Shown piece after piece: positions 43,374 through 53,882 of a stretch of DNA of 64,000 nucleotides (position 1 is its first letter; the number at the start of each line of letters is the position of its first letter). Made by a program: the position numbers and the translations under genes. The notes under the pieces are model-generated. The model did no database searches. It had not been told where the DNA came from and saw only the letters and a program-made list of their open reading frames with translations. The DNA is from Calditrichaceae bacterium (GTDB taxonomy: Bacteria > Calditrichota > Calditrichia > Calditrichales > JBFXGD01), in NCBI GenBank assembly GCA_050173015.1, contig JBFXLE010000020.1, positions 16,721 through 80,720 on the forward strand, in the 5' to 3' direction.

Positions 43374-43687
43374 AAGTCCTCGGTTGATTGATGGTTATGA
43401 AGTTTCAAATTTAAGGATTCAATTTATCAAAATAATTTACAGAGTCAAAAAATTATGAAATTTAAGCAGGCGGAAAACCGATAAGCGTATGGTCAGAAAA
43501 AGCCCACACGTACTTTAAGACGCGGTGGATGCGGTAGTGATTGCGGCCAATATGTATTATGGAGAAATCGGCAAAGACTAAAAGACTACCCCGGCAAATA
43601 TCATCGACAAAAAAACACTCGACCGGACAACAAAAATGCACAAGAATCAGATAGTCAGAATGAAGAATGAAATCGCGCCAGACCGCA

Positions 43688-43885
43688 CCGGGGCGGGTAC
43701 CTCCGCCCCGGGGAAGGTCACACTCTCCCGGGAAGCGTTACTTTTCAAGAAGAACGCAATAACTCACCTCCGGGGAAGGCGATTAAGGTCCCGGGAAAGG
43801 GTACCGGTTCACCGGGGAGCCTCATATTCTTTCCGGGAAGGGGGCCTCGCCTTCCGGGGAAGGTCACACTCCCGGCGGGAAGGCG
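43688..43885. repeat. 21-bp-phased GC-rich CCGGG(G)AAG repeats
   Basis: Core recurs at about 43688, 43708, 43728, then 43770, 43791, 43812, 43833, 43854, 43875. Confidence 0.7.
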
Positions 43886-43969
43886 CAAAACGTTGACTGA
43901 GCGTGAAAGGGAACCATCAGGCTTGCAAGTGGCATGTTATGCAATGATATTCGATTCAATGTGACGGCC

Positions 43970-45341
43970 TGACGTCGGAGGCGTCACAGCTTAGTAGAAT
44001 GGAGATCACATGGTTATAGTCCGACCCCTGCGGGGTCGCGGGAGGATGTGGTGTCTGCTAATATTCTATTAACGTGTAATCCCTACGGGATTGGAATTAC
44101 CGGTTGCATTGGAAGCCATCAATTAATGATAAATATTGGTCAGGTGATAAAAAACCCGACGCCGGAGGCGTCACAGCTTAGTAGAATGGAGATCACATGG
44201 TTATAGTCCGACCCCTGCGGGGTCGCAGGAGGATGTGGTGTATGCTAATATTCTATTAACGTGTAATCCCTACGGGATTGGGATTGACGGTTGCAGGAAA
44301 AGTCCTGAATTAATGATGACAGTTGGCCATGTGAGATAGAAACCCTGACGCCGGAGGTGTCATATATTTGTAGAATAAGGGTTAAGCGGTAATTGTGCTG
44401 AAATAAATTCAGAATTGACAAAGGCGATTCTTCGGGGCGAATTTTCTGTCCGAGTGTAATAAATTGAAAAACGGATAAATTTAACACGAGTTAAAATTCG
44501 CCAGGGCTTTTTGCTACTTTTTGGCCATTCAAAAAGTAGGAAGAGAGAAGTAGGAACTTTAAGAGTTAAGTGTAGGTGCGACCGCCTGGTCACGGATATC
44601 CATTCCTGAAGTAGAGACGCATGTTGCCGATCATTCTACAAAAATATCATCCCTACGGGATTGGGATTGACGTTTTAATCTAAATAAAGGATGGATGATA
44701 ATGATCGGATTGATATGACATGAAGGCCTGACGCCGGAGGAGTCACAGCTTAGTAGAATGGAGATCACGTGGTTATAGTCCGACCCCTGCGGGGTCGCGG
44801 GAGGATGTGGTGTCTGCTAATATTCTATTAACGTGTAATCCCTTCGGGATTGGGATTGACGGTTGCAGGAAAAGTCCTGAATTAATGATGACAGTTGGCC
44901 ATGTGAGATAGAAACCCTGACGCCGGAGGTGTCATATATTTGTAGAATAAGGATTAAGCGGTAATTGTACGACCCCTATGGGGCCGTGGAATCGCGTGTT
45001 GCCGATCATTCTACAAAAATATCATCCCTACGGGATTGGGATTGACGGTTGCAGGAAAAGTCTTGAATTAATGATGACAGTTGGCCATGTGAGATAGAAA
45101 CCCTGACGCCGGAGGCGTCACAGCTTAGTAGAATGGAGATCACATGGTTATAGTCCGACCCCTGCGGGGTCGCAGGAGGATGTGGTGTCTGCTAATATTC
45201 TATTAACGTGTAATCCCTACGGGATTGGAATTACCGGTTGCATTGGAAGCCATCAATTAATGATAAATATTGGTCATTTGATAAAAAACCCGACGCCGGA
45301 GGTGTCATATATTTGTAGAATAAGGGTTAAGCGGTAATTGT
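43970..45341. repeat. array of seven ~125-bp three-hairpin REP/REPIN-like units (types A and B) joined by recurrent ~62-bp linkers
   Basis: Units start near 43970(A), 44157(A), 44346(B, interrupted), 44729(A), 44918(B), 45104(A), 45291(B, truncated); hairpins TGACGCCGGAGGCGTCA, CGACCCCTGCGGGGTCG, AATCCCTACGGGATT. Confidence 0.9.
44397..44617. repeat. insert interrupting a B unit; first ~145 bp repeated at 45342-45484
   Basis: Both copies begin after AATTGT and contain hairpin CTACTTTTTG-GCCATT-CAAAAAGTAG. Confidence 0.8.
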
Positions 45342-45480
45342 GCTGAAATAAATTCAGAATTGACCAAGGCGATTCTTCGGGGCGAATTTTCTGTCCGAGT
45401 GTAATAAATTGAAAAACGGATAAATTTAACACGAGTTAAAATTCGCCAGGGCTTTTTGCTACTTTTTGGCCATTCAAAAA

Positions 45481-45557
45481 GTAGGGAGGAAGAAAAGTAG
45501 GAAGAGAGAAGTAGGAAGTAAGAACGTTATGAGTTAAGAGTGTGAGAGTTAAGTGTA
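45481..45557 (+). repeat. purine-rich heptamer-like tract (GAAGTAG/GAGTTAA)
   Basis: gaagtaggaagtaagaacgttatgagttaagagtgtgagagttaagtgtaa; reverse-complement version at 63809-63866. Confidence 0.6.
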
Positions 45558-45873
45558 ACATCAAGGAAACCCATGGCTGAAGTCGGAAGAAAGAACAATC
45601 TTTCCCCTGTTCATTTCCCTTGATGGAAAAGAACCAAAAGATCATGGCTGTCCAAAAAAATTGTGAAATTCCACGGCTCGCTGCACTGAAAATCTTAAAC
45701 TCGCCCGCCTCGGGCGGGCTCAGAACATCATAGTTTTGCTCGTTCCGTTCATCTTCTTTTTAGAAATTATCCCGGGCGCGTAACTTTAATTCTCATCCGA
45801 CTATCCCCAAATTTTTGATTTTTATCTGATCTTTTTTATAAATTCATTAAAATTACCAGCCAATTAAATAGGA

Positions 45874-46509
45874 ATGTTTTTGAAAAAGTCGGTTATCAGC
45901 AAAATTCTGGAAATTCTGGAGACCACATATAATCACACCACCACCGCGCTGGATTTCAGCAGCCCGTTTCAGTTGCTGGTCTCCACCATGCTGGCCGCGC
46001 AAAGCACGGATGTCAGGGTCAATATCGTTACCAAGGATCTGTTCAGCGATTACCCGACGGCCGCAAAAATGGCGGAATTGAGCAGCAGTGAAATGGAAGA
46101 ATACATCAAAACGGTTGGTCTTTACAGAACCAAAGCAAAAAATGTCATCGCCACCGCGAAGATGCTCGCCGAACAATATGACGGCGATATTCCTGCCACC
46201 CGTGAAGAGCTTATAAAATTGCCCGGTGTCGGGCGTAAAACAGCCAATGTGGTGTTAAGTATCGCGAAGGGCGTCCCAGCCATCGCGGTGGACACGCATG
46301 TTTTCCGGGTGAGTAACCGGATCGGGCTGGCGCGCGCCGGCAATGTCCTGGAAACAGAAAAACATCTGATGAAAAACATCCCGCGGGAAAAGTGGTCGGA
46401 CGCGCATCACTGGCTCATCTGGCATGGAAGAAAAATATGCAAAGCCCGTAAACCGCTCTGTGAGCAATGTCCGGTGAAGGATTTCTGCGAATATTACCGT
46501 ACTCTATAA
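45874..46509 (+). CDS. nth: endonuclease III
   Basis: LAAQSTD..VN; LPGVGRKTANV HhH; VDTHVFRV; C-x6-C-x2-C-x5-C. Confidence 0.96.
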   Translation: MFLKKSVISKILEILETTYNHTTTALDFSSPFQLLVSTMLAAQSTDVRVNIVTKDLFSDYPTAAKMAELSSSEMEEYIKTVGLYRTKAKNVIATAKMLAEQYDGDIPATREELIKLPGVGRKTANVVLSIAKGVPAIAVDTHVFRVSNRIGLARAGNVLETEKHLMKNIPREKWSDAHHWLIWHGRKICKARKPLCEQCPVKDFCEYYRTL

Positions 46510-46615
46510 ACCAGTCCTGATTGTCCTGCCGGGTATAGCTCTTTCATTTTAATACCCTTTATTTTATATTCTGCTAAACCTTAGTTCAGAATGACCCTGA
46601 TGGAAAATTATAGCG

Positions 46616-47368
46616 ATGAGAATGAGAAAATATCTGTTTTTGATGTTGATTTTAATTTCGACGCCCGCGCTGGCGGATGATCTGATGGTAGCGGCCTCGG
46701 CCAATGCGCAGTTCGCCATGCGGGAACTAAGGGAGTCATTTCAAAAAGATACCGGAATCTCCGTCACGGTTATCACCGGCTCATCGGGAAAACTGACCGC
46801 TCAGATCAAAAACGGCGCGCCTTTCGATATCTTTCTCTCCGCGGATACGCGCTATCCGCGGGTTTTATACGATGACGGTTTTACTTTGGGAGAACCGGTG
46901 GTTTACGCTTACGGATCACTGGTGTTGTGGACCATAAAAGATCTGGAACTATCCGGTGGGCTGCCGGCCCTGTTAGGCGACGGATTCAAAAAAATCGCGG
47001 TTGCCAATCCTCAGACGGCTCCGTACGGAGTGGAAGCAATCAAAGCGCTGCGGTACTTTGATTTGTACGACCGGCTTGAAATCAGACTTGTGTACGGATC
47101 GAGCATTTCTCAGACAAGTCAGTTCATATCTTCCGGAGCGGCGGATGCCGGGATCACCGCGAAATCGGTAGTGCTGGCGCCGGAAATGAAAACCAGCGGA
47201 TCATGGATCGATGTTCCACCCGAATCCTACGAGCCCATCGCCCAGGGAGTGGTCATTATTAAACGCGGAAAAGAGGCTCCAAAGAAGGACGCTGTATTGT
47301 TTTATGATTTTTTGTTCAGCGAACAGGCAAAAGAAATATTTACGAAATACGGATACCGCTTGCCGTGA
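46616..47368 (+). CDS. modA: molybdate ABC transporter substrate-binding protein
   Basis: GSSGKL.AQI.NGAPFDIFLSAD; ANPQTAPYG. Confidence 0.94.
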   Translation: MRMRKYLFLMLILISTPALADDLMVAASANAQFAMRELRESFQKDTGISVTVITGSSGKLTAQIKNGAPFDIFLSADTRYPRVLYDDGFTLGEPVVYAYGSLVLWTIKDLELSGGLPALLGDGFKKIAVANPQTAPYGVEAIKALRYFDLYDRLEIRLVYGSSISQTSQFISSGAADAGITAKSVVLAPEMKTSGSWIDVPPESYEPIAQGVVIIKRGKEAPKKDAVLFYDFLFSEQAKEIFTKYGYRLP

Positions 47369-47778
47369 ATCAACTTACAGCCACCATTACGGCCATTGAA
47401 TCATCCGGTCATATTTCGCTGGTTGACCTGAAAGCCGGCGGCGCCGTGTTCAGTTGTGTGGTCATCGAAAATCCGGAATCGGCCGACTATCTTAAGACCG
47501 GAACCGAGGTATCCCTGCTTTTTAAAGAAACGGAAGTATCTATCGCCAAAAACTTCAGCGGTGAGATCAGTCTGCGCAACAGGATCGATTCAGAAATTAC
47601 AGGCCTGGAGAAGGGCGCCATCCTTACAAAAATCACGCTTAAATTTAACGGGCTGGAGATTCGGTCGATCATCACCACCCGTTCTGCGGATCGCCTGGAA
47701 CTAAAACCGGGCGACCGGGTCACCGGATTGATCAAGGCCAATGAAATATCCATTATGCAGAGGGAAACCGATGTTTAA
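47365..47778 (+). CDS. di-TOBE molybdate-binding protein
   Basis: FKETEVSIAK..ISLRN; SIIT..SA..L.LK.GD.V.GLIKA. Confidence 0.88.
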   Translation: MNQLTATITAIESSGHISLVDLKAGGAVFSCVVIENPESADYLKTGTEVSLLFKETEVSIAKNFSGEISLRNRIDSEITGLEKGAILTKITLKFNGLEIRSIITTRSADRLELKPGDRVTGLIKANEISIMQRETDV

Positions 47779-48445
47779 TTTTGACTGGCAGCCGCTTTTT
47801 CTGACCTTCCGACTGGCGGGGTTGACCACCGGACTGTTGTTGATAATCGGTATTCCGCTGGCCTACTGGCTCTCCGGATCGGAAAAGAAATTCAAATATA
47901 TCATTCAAACCCTGGTGAGCATGCCGCTGATTCTTCCGCCCACCGTGCTTGGATTTTATCTTCTTGTGGCCTTTAGCCCGGAGAACTTTTTTGGAAAATT
48001 TCTGGATTCCGTTTTTAATCTCCGGCTTGTTTTTTCCTTTGAAGGGCTAGTGGTCGCGTCCGTTATTTACAGTTTGCCGTTTATGGTGAATTCTGTTCAG
48101 TCGGGATTCCAAAGTCTGCCCCGTTCGCTTTATGATGCCTCATACACGCTTGGGAAATCCCGCGCGGCGACTTTTTTCAGGGTTCTTTTGCCGAATATTA
48201 AACCCGCGCTTATCACGGGCACTGTTCTCAGTTTTGCCCATACGGTGGGAGAATTCGGTGTGATCCTGATGATCGGGGGAAGCATTCCGGGAGAAACAAG
48301 GGTGGCGTCGATCGCTATTTATGATGAAGTGGAAGCGCTGAATTATTCAGCGGCGAATTTTTACGCGCTGATCTTATTTGTAATCGCTTTTCTGATTTTA
48401 TTATCTGTTTATGTGTTCAACCGGAAATATTTAAAGGCTTTATAG
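47771..48445 (+). CDS. modB: molybdate ABC transporter permease
   Basis: PLILPPTVLGFYLL; YSLPFMV; FAHTVGEFG. Confidence 0.94.
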   Translation: MFNFDWQPLFLTFRLAGLTTGLLLIIGIPLAYWLSGSEKKFKYIIQTLVSMPLILPPTVLGFYLLVAFSPENFFGKFLDSVFNLRLVFSFEGLVVASVIYSLPFMVNSVQSGFQSLPRSLYDASYTLGKSRAATFFRVLLPNIKPALITGTVLSFAHTVGEFGVILMIGGSIPGETRVASIAIYDEVEALNYSAANFYALILFVIAFLILLSVYVFNRKYLKAL

Positions 48446-49323
48446 TGATTGATTTATCGGTTAAAAAGCAGTTTGCCGGCGCTGACGGGATATTTGATCT
48501 CGATTTGAATATTCAGATCAATGATAAAGAACTGATCACCATCTACGGCGCGTCGGGAGCTGGTAAAACCACCATACTGCGATTGCTTTCCGGACTCGCC
48601 AAACCTGATTCGGGTCATATTAAGGTGAATGGTGAAACCTGGTTTGACGGCCAAAAGAAAATCAATCTGCCTCCGCAAAAAAGAGCGGCCGGATTCGTGT
48701 TTCAGGATTACGCGCTTTTTCCCAATATGACCGTCAGAAAAAATCTGGAGTTTGCCCTTTCGTCTAAAAAGGATATGGAAATTATTGACCGGCTGCTGGA
48801 GATCACCGACCTGGAAAAACTTGCCGGAAGAAAACCCGGGACACTCTCGGGGGGGCAACAGCAGCGAGTGGCTCTGGCCCGCGCCCTGGTAAGAAGACCA
48901 AAAATTTTGCTTCTTGATGAACCGCTTTCCGCGCTCGATCCCGAAATGCGGCAAAAACTGCAGGATGAAATATTGAATATTCACCGGGAATTTAATATCA
49001 CCACTATCCTGGTGAGTCACAATCTGAGCGAGATTTTTCGGTTGTCAAACCGTGTTTTTGTCATCGAAAAAGGAAGCGTCATAAAATCCGGAAGTCTTAC
49101 CGATGTGTTTATGGATAAAAAATTAAGCGGTAAGTTTAAATTCGAAGGTGAAATTATTGAAATCACCAGGGAAGATGTGGTGTTTGTGGTGACGGTCCTG
49201 ATCGGCAATAACCTGGTGAAGGTCATCGCCACGGATGACGAGGCGCGGGAACTGAAGATCGGCGGCAGGGTGATTGTTTCATCCAAAGCGTTTAATCCGA
49301 TCCTGATTCCGGTTCGTCAATGA
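48445..49323 (+). CDS. modC: molybdate ABC transporter ATPase with TOBE domain
   Basis: [29 protein letters not shown]. Confidence 0.92.
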   Translation: MIDLSVKKQFAGADGIFDLDLNIQINDKELITIYGASGAGKTTILRLLSGLAKPDSGHIKVNGETWFDGQKKINLPPQKRAAGFVFQDYALFPNMTVRKNLEFALSSKKDMEIIDRLLEITDLEKLAGRKPGTLSGGQQQRVALARALVRRPKILLLDEPLSALDPEMRQKLQDEILNIHREFNITTILVSHNLSEIFRLSNRVFVIEKGSVIKSGSLTDVFMDKKLSGKFKFEGEIIEITREDVVFVVTVLIGNNLVKVIATDDEARELKIGGRVIVSSKAFNPILIPVRQ

Positions 49324-49366
49324 TTTCAAAAAGCTCATTCATTAATCGCCTAAATGGGTAACGGTT

Positions 49367-49759
49367 ATGAAAAAGTCCTTTGTTTTGTTAATCGACGCGT
49401 TAATCAACCTGTTGCTTGGCCTGGCTTTGATGATATCTTATCCGGTTACCGCGGAGTTTTTTGGATTGCCCGCCACCGTCCAGCTTTTTTATCCGAATAT
49501 TCTGGGCGCGGTTCTCTTTGGAATCGGTATCGCGCTGGTGATCGAATATTACCGTTCAGAAAATGGGCTTCCGGGTCTTGGTTTAGGGGGCGCGGTGGCA
49601 ATCAATCTGTCCGGCGGATTTGTCCTGGGATTGTGGCTTATGTTCGGAGAACTGCATATTCCGTTGAAAGGGAAGATCATTCTCTGGTCACTTGTTCTTA
49701 TTCTGATCGTGATAAGCGCGGTCGAATTGTGGATGCATTCAGTAAAAAAATCATCATAA
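49367..49759 (+). CDS. hypothetical four-TM membrane protein
   Basis: Hydrophobic 130-aa ORF directly before the peptidase gene. Confidence 0.6.
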   Translation: MKKSFVLLIDALINLLLGLALMISYPVTAEFFGLPATVQLFYPNILGAVLFGIGIALVIEYYRSENGLPGLGLGGAVAINLSGGFVLGLWLMFGELHIPLKGKIILWSLVLILIVISAVELWMHSVKKSS

Positions 49760-49771
49760 ACGGAGCAGCTT

Positions 49772-51103
49772 ATGTGTGATACAGTCGTTGTAACGGGAGA
49801 GGCCACAAAGGACGGGGTCACGCTCTTTGGAAAAAATTCCGACCGCGAACCAAACGAAGCGCATCATATCCTTCAGATTCCCGCCGCGCGGCATCCCGCG
49901 GGTTCAATGGTCAAGTGTACTTATATCGAAATCCCGCAGGTGGAGCATACCCACGCGATTCTGCTCGCCAAACCATTCTGGATTTGGGGCGCGGAGATGG
50001 GCGCCAATGAGCATGGACTGGTCATCGGTAACGAAGCCGTGTTTACAAAAGCGCCATACAATAAAAAACCGTCGCTGATCGGCATGGATTTGCTTCGACT
50101 GGCGCTGGAACGGGCTTCCGGCAGCCGGCAGGCGGTGGATGTGATCACCAATCTTATCGAAGAATTCGGGCAGGGCGGGAATTGCGGTTTTGCTCATAAA
50201 CTGTATTATCACAACAGCTTTCTCATTGCCGATCCCAAAGAGGCGTGGGTGCTCGAAACCGCCGGAAAGCATTGGGCGGCCAAACAGGTTAAGGGTATTT
50301 ATACCATTTCGAACCGTTTGAGCATTGACAATGACTGGGATTTGGCATCGCCTGATCTGATCTCTTACGCGATTGAAAAGGGTTGGTGTAAAAACCGGGA
50401 AGACTTCAGCTTTGCCCGTTGTTATTCGGACTATTTATTTACAAAATTCAGCGACAGCGGACGGCGGGCGAGCTGTTCGGGCGCGTTTTTATCCGCAAGG
50501 TCGAATGACGGTATTGACGTAAAAACCGTCATGTCCGCGCTGCGTGATCATGGCGATTTTCATGATCCGGGAAATGGGATCACCGGCTCATCAGTGTGTA
50601 TGCACGCCGGATTCGGCCCCATCCGCGGCAGTCAAACCACCGGTTCGATGGTCACACACCTGCATCCGGATCGCGCGACGCATTTTGTTACCGGAACCGC
50701 GGCGCCCTGTACAAGCATCTTCAAACCGGTCTGGACCGACACGCCGTTCCCTGAGAGCAATGTAATACCCACCGGTATTTATGATGAATCATCCCAGTTC
50801 TGGAAACATGAAGCCATACACCGTGGGATTTTGCGTGATTTCCGGCACCGGTTAGAACTGATCGCCGGTGACAGGGACCGGTTTGAGAATGATTTTATTG
50901 AAAAATCCCTGAAGTCGGCAAAAGAAAATGCTGAACGCAGAACGGAGCTAACGATCCGCTGTTATGATGAAGCGGTATCCTATGAGGCGACCTGGCTGAG
51001 AAAAGTCATTTCCTCGATTCCGAAAACCCGTCTGAATTTTTTATACCGGACCGCCTGGAAACAATTTAACCGCAAGGCAAAAATGAGCGTGGAAGGGTTT
51101 TAA
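49772..51103 (+). CDS. C69-family dipeptidase / secernin-like Ntn hydrolase
   Basis: N-terminal MCDT nucleophile; GKNSDREPNE; WGAEMGANEHG. Confidence 0.9.
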   Translation: MCDTVVVTGEATKDGVTLFGKNSDREPNEAHHILQIPAARHPAGSMVKCTYIEIPQVEHTHAILLAKPFWIWGAEMGANEHGLVIGNEAVFTKAPYNKKPSLIGMDLLRLALERASGSRQAVDVITNLIEEFGQGGNCGFAHKLYYHNSFLIADPKEAWVLETAGKHWAAKQVKGIYTISNRLSIDNDWDLASPDLISYAIEKGWCKNREDFSFARCYSDYLFTKFSDSGRRASCSGAFLSARSNDGIDVKTVMSALRDHGDFHDPGNGITGSSVCMHAGFGPIRGSQTTGSMVTHLHPDRATHFVTGTAAPCTSIFKPVWTDTPFPESNVIPTGIYDESSQFWKHEAIHRGILRDFRHRLELIAGDRDRFENDFIEKSLKSAKENAERRTELTIRCYDEAVSYEATWLRKVISSIPKTRLNFLYRTAWKQFNRKAKMSVEGF

Positions 51104-51154
51104 TGTTTATTGTCAAATCAATTTTGTCTTAGATTATTGAACAGTATCGGGTAT

Positions 51155-51727
51155 TCATCTCTCCATCGCCAGGGCAATTGTAAGAACGGCTATAACCAGA
51201 CCGCCGATGATAGACTGGTTAACCTGTCGGTTTTTCTCTTCCATCACCTTGTCGTGGTCTTTTATGACATAGTTGACAAATGATGTGTCCGCGTCCGCGC
51301 CATACATGCTGATAAAAGCTGAGTCCGTTTTAATCTTCACGGCGATTCCTTTGAACACTTTAGATGAGTATGTTTCTTTCGTTTCGGGGCTGAAAAAAAT
51401 ACCCTCTTCCCTGTTTCTATATCCGTCCGAAATATTAATGATACCGTTGGCGCAGTTATTCCAGGCCTGGTATCTTAAATGGTTAAACACTTTGGCGTTT
51501 GAAGCGGAAGCGTGACCGTTAGCTTCAACAAGCCCGATCTTTTTATATTCAAAATCCAGTTGTTCGCCTTCAAAGAAGAGATAAATTTTATCCGCCTTTT
51601 TATCACAGGTTTCATTCGTGATACTTGTAAACTGGCCGCCGGTGTAATCGCCGTAGGTAAGTAAACAGCCATTGATGGATGTGGTCAACATGATCAAAAT
51701 TAAAACAGATGATAATTTGCTTTTCAT
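51155..51727 (-). CDS. hypothetical lipoprotein (possibly YbjQ-like fold)
   Basis: Lipobox INGC; KIGLVEA...A...ANGIIN. Confidence 0.55.
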   Translation of the reverse strand: MKSKLSSVLILIMLTTSINGCLLTYGDYTGGQFTSITNETCDKKADKIYLFFEGEQLDFEYKKIGLVEANGHASASNAKVFNHLRYQAWNNCANGIINISDGYRNREEGIFFSPETKETYSSKVFKGIAVKIKTDSAFISMYGADADTSFVNYVIKDHDKVMEEKNRQVNQSIIGGLVIAVLTIALAMER

Positions 51728-52035
51728 GGGAAACCTCCGTGTCAGAGATTCATAAAGTGGAAGAAAAAAGCGCCATAAGAAATATACGGATACTTTTTAT
51801 TAAAGCAAACCCTAAAATCGTTTGGTTCTTATTGATCTTAATCAGCATAAAAAAGTTAGCGCGACGTTCCTTGGATACATCCCACGATTTTTTTGCAAGA
51901 TGTCCGTCATTTAACCAACCCGTCATGATGCTTACTCTGTTAAATACACGTGATATGATGAACTTTCACGATTTCGGAATAATTAAATGTCCAAAAATCG
52001 TTGGCACATAATTAAAAATTGAATAGGGGAATCAG

Positions 52036-52761
52036 ATGAGCAGCAGTGAAAAGATTTCAAAGATGGCGGGAACAGGGTATCTCATTATTTTTATCACAGG
52101 AATATTCTCCAACTTTTTTGTTTTAGAATCGTTGATTTTGACGCGGGACCCGGCCGCGACGATGCAAAATATTATAAGCCATGATATGTTGTTTCGCGCG
52201 GGTATTTTTAGTTTTGTCCTCATGGTGGTTTTTGATGTCTTTCTGGCCTGGGCGCTGTATATTTTACTCCGGCCTGTAAACAGTAATCTGTCGTTACTGG
52301 CTGGTTGGCTCCGGTTAGCGAACAGCGTGATTTTTGGTGTCGCTTTGTATCATCTTTTTGGAATTTTACGTTTGTTAAGCGGGGCCGAATATCTGACAGT
52401 TTTTGATACCGCCCAGCTGGGCGCCATGGTCATATTATCGTATGTCACATTTAATGATATCTGGCTTATTGGACTGGTGTTTTTTGGGTTGCACCTGTTC
52501 GCGCTTGGTTATCTGATCATTAAATCCGGTTATATTCCCAAATTTATTGGTTTCTTTTTGGTCATCGCCGCCGTAGGTTATCTGACAGATAGTTTCGCGA
52601 ATTTTATGTTGCCAAATTATGGCGATTATAAAGATATATTATTAATGATTGTTATAGTTCCGGGAGTTATCGGGGAATTATCCCTGACGTTCTGGCTTTT
52701 GCTTAAGGGAGTGAAAGATCAGTCGTTAGATATGGTTTTTGAAGAATCAAAAATTGCGTGA
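52036..52761 (+). CDS. DUF4386 membrane protein
   Basis: LLRPVN..LSLLA; GLVFFG; SGYIPKFIG; GEL..WLL.KG. Confidence 0.8.
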   Translation: MSSSEKISKMAGTGYLIIFITGIFSNFFVLESLILTRDPAATMQNIISHDMLFRAGIFSFVLMVVFDVFLAWALYILLRPVNSNLSLLAGWLRLANSVIFGVALYHLFGILRLLSGAEYLTVFDTAQLGAMVILSYVTFNDIWLIGLVFFGLHLFALGYLIIKSGYIPKFIGFFLVIAAVGYLTDSFANFMLPNYGDYKDILLMIVIVPGVIGELSLTFWLLLKGVKDQSLDMVFEESKIA

Positions 52762-52782
52762 TATCATAAAATATACGGGGGA

Positions 52783-53763
52783 ATGATGAAAAAAATAGTC
52801 TATACGGAATACGGCCCGCCGGAAGTTCTCAAATTAAGAGAGGTCGAAAAACCGGTTCCTAAGGCGAATGAAGTGCTCGTAAAAATATACGCCACAACCG
52901 TAACGGCGACGGAATGTACTTTCAGACAGGGGAAACCGCTATTCGCCAGATTATTCACCGGGCCATTCAGACCGAGAATCACGACATTGGGAGAGGAGCT
53001 GGCCGGGGAAATTGAAGCGGTAGGTAAGGATGTCAAATTGTTTAAGGAAGGCGACAAGGTTTTTGGAACCGCCGGGCCGGAATTCGGAGCGAATGCCGAA
53101 TATATCTGCATGCCCGAAGACGGTGTACTGACGACTAAACCGTCCAACATGAGTTATGAGGAAGCGGCGTCCGCTATTGATGGTTTTCTGACCGCGCTGC
53201 CATTTCTGCGGGATAAGGGAAACATTCAGAAGGGGCAAAACGTACTTGTGAACGGCGCTTCCGGGAGTGTGGGCTCGTCCGCGGTACAGATCGCCGCGTA
53301 TTACGGCGCGGATGTCACCGGGGTGTGCAGCGGGGCGAATGCAGAACTGGTGAAATCCCTGGGCGCCGGAGAGGCCATCGACTATACAAAGCAGGATTTT
53401 ACCGGGAATGGCCGGACGTACGATATCATCTTTGATACGGTAGGAAAAATATCGTTTACACATTCTAAAAAATCACTTACAGAAAACGGCATCTTTCTTG
53501 AAGCCGGTGTTGGACTGAGGATTATGCCGCCGGTTTTATGGACATCCGTGACCGGCGGTAAAAAGGCAAAGATCGCCGCTACCGGTTTGAGACCGCCAAA
53601 GGAAAGAACCAAAGATCTCATACTCCTGAAAGAACTCATGGAGGCGGGAAAGATAAAACCGGTCATTGACAAACGCTATGATTTCGCGGATATCGTCGAG
53701 GCGCACAGATACGTGGATAAAGGGCATAAAAAGGGCAATGTGGTCATCACCGTGGCGGGATAG
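52783..53763 (+). CDS. NAD(P)-dependent alcohol dehydrogenase (MDR/quinone oxidoreductase-like)
   Basis: YGPPEVL; NGASGSVG; KPVIDK.Y; GHKKGNVV. Confidence 0.9.
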   Translation: MMKKIVYTEYGPPEVLKLREVEKPVPKANEVLVKIYATTVTATECTFRQGKPLFARLFTGPFRPRITTLGEELAGEIEAVGKDVKLFKEGDKVFGTAGPEFGANAEYICMPEDGVLTTKPSNMSYEEAASAIDGFLTALPFLRDKGNIQKGQNVLVNGASGSVGSSAVQIAAYYGADVTGVCSGANAELVKSLGAGEAIDYTKQDFTGNGRTYDIIFDTVGKISFTHSKKSLTENGIFLEAGVGLRIMPPVLWTSVTGGKKAKIAATGLRPPKERTKDLILLKELMEAGKIKPVIDKRYDFADIVEAHRYVDKGHKKGNVVITVAG

Positions 53764-53882
53764 AAGTAAGACCTGGCCGCAATATTGATTTAATTGACGG
53801 AAAATATCGCGTAATCTCGTCTTATTTTATGTATATCACGCTTAATTTTTTTAGCCGCGGGAGTCTGCTAATGACTGAAAAA

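Noticed and set aside
43636-43896. 86-aa ORF, and short ORFs at 44245-45645
   Set aside because: They lie within repeat tracts, have no family motifs, and are probably spurious
43970-45341. CRISPR array
   Set aside because: Units are ~125 bp, linkers are reused (X, Y) rather than unique, and there are no cas genes in the window
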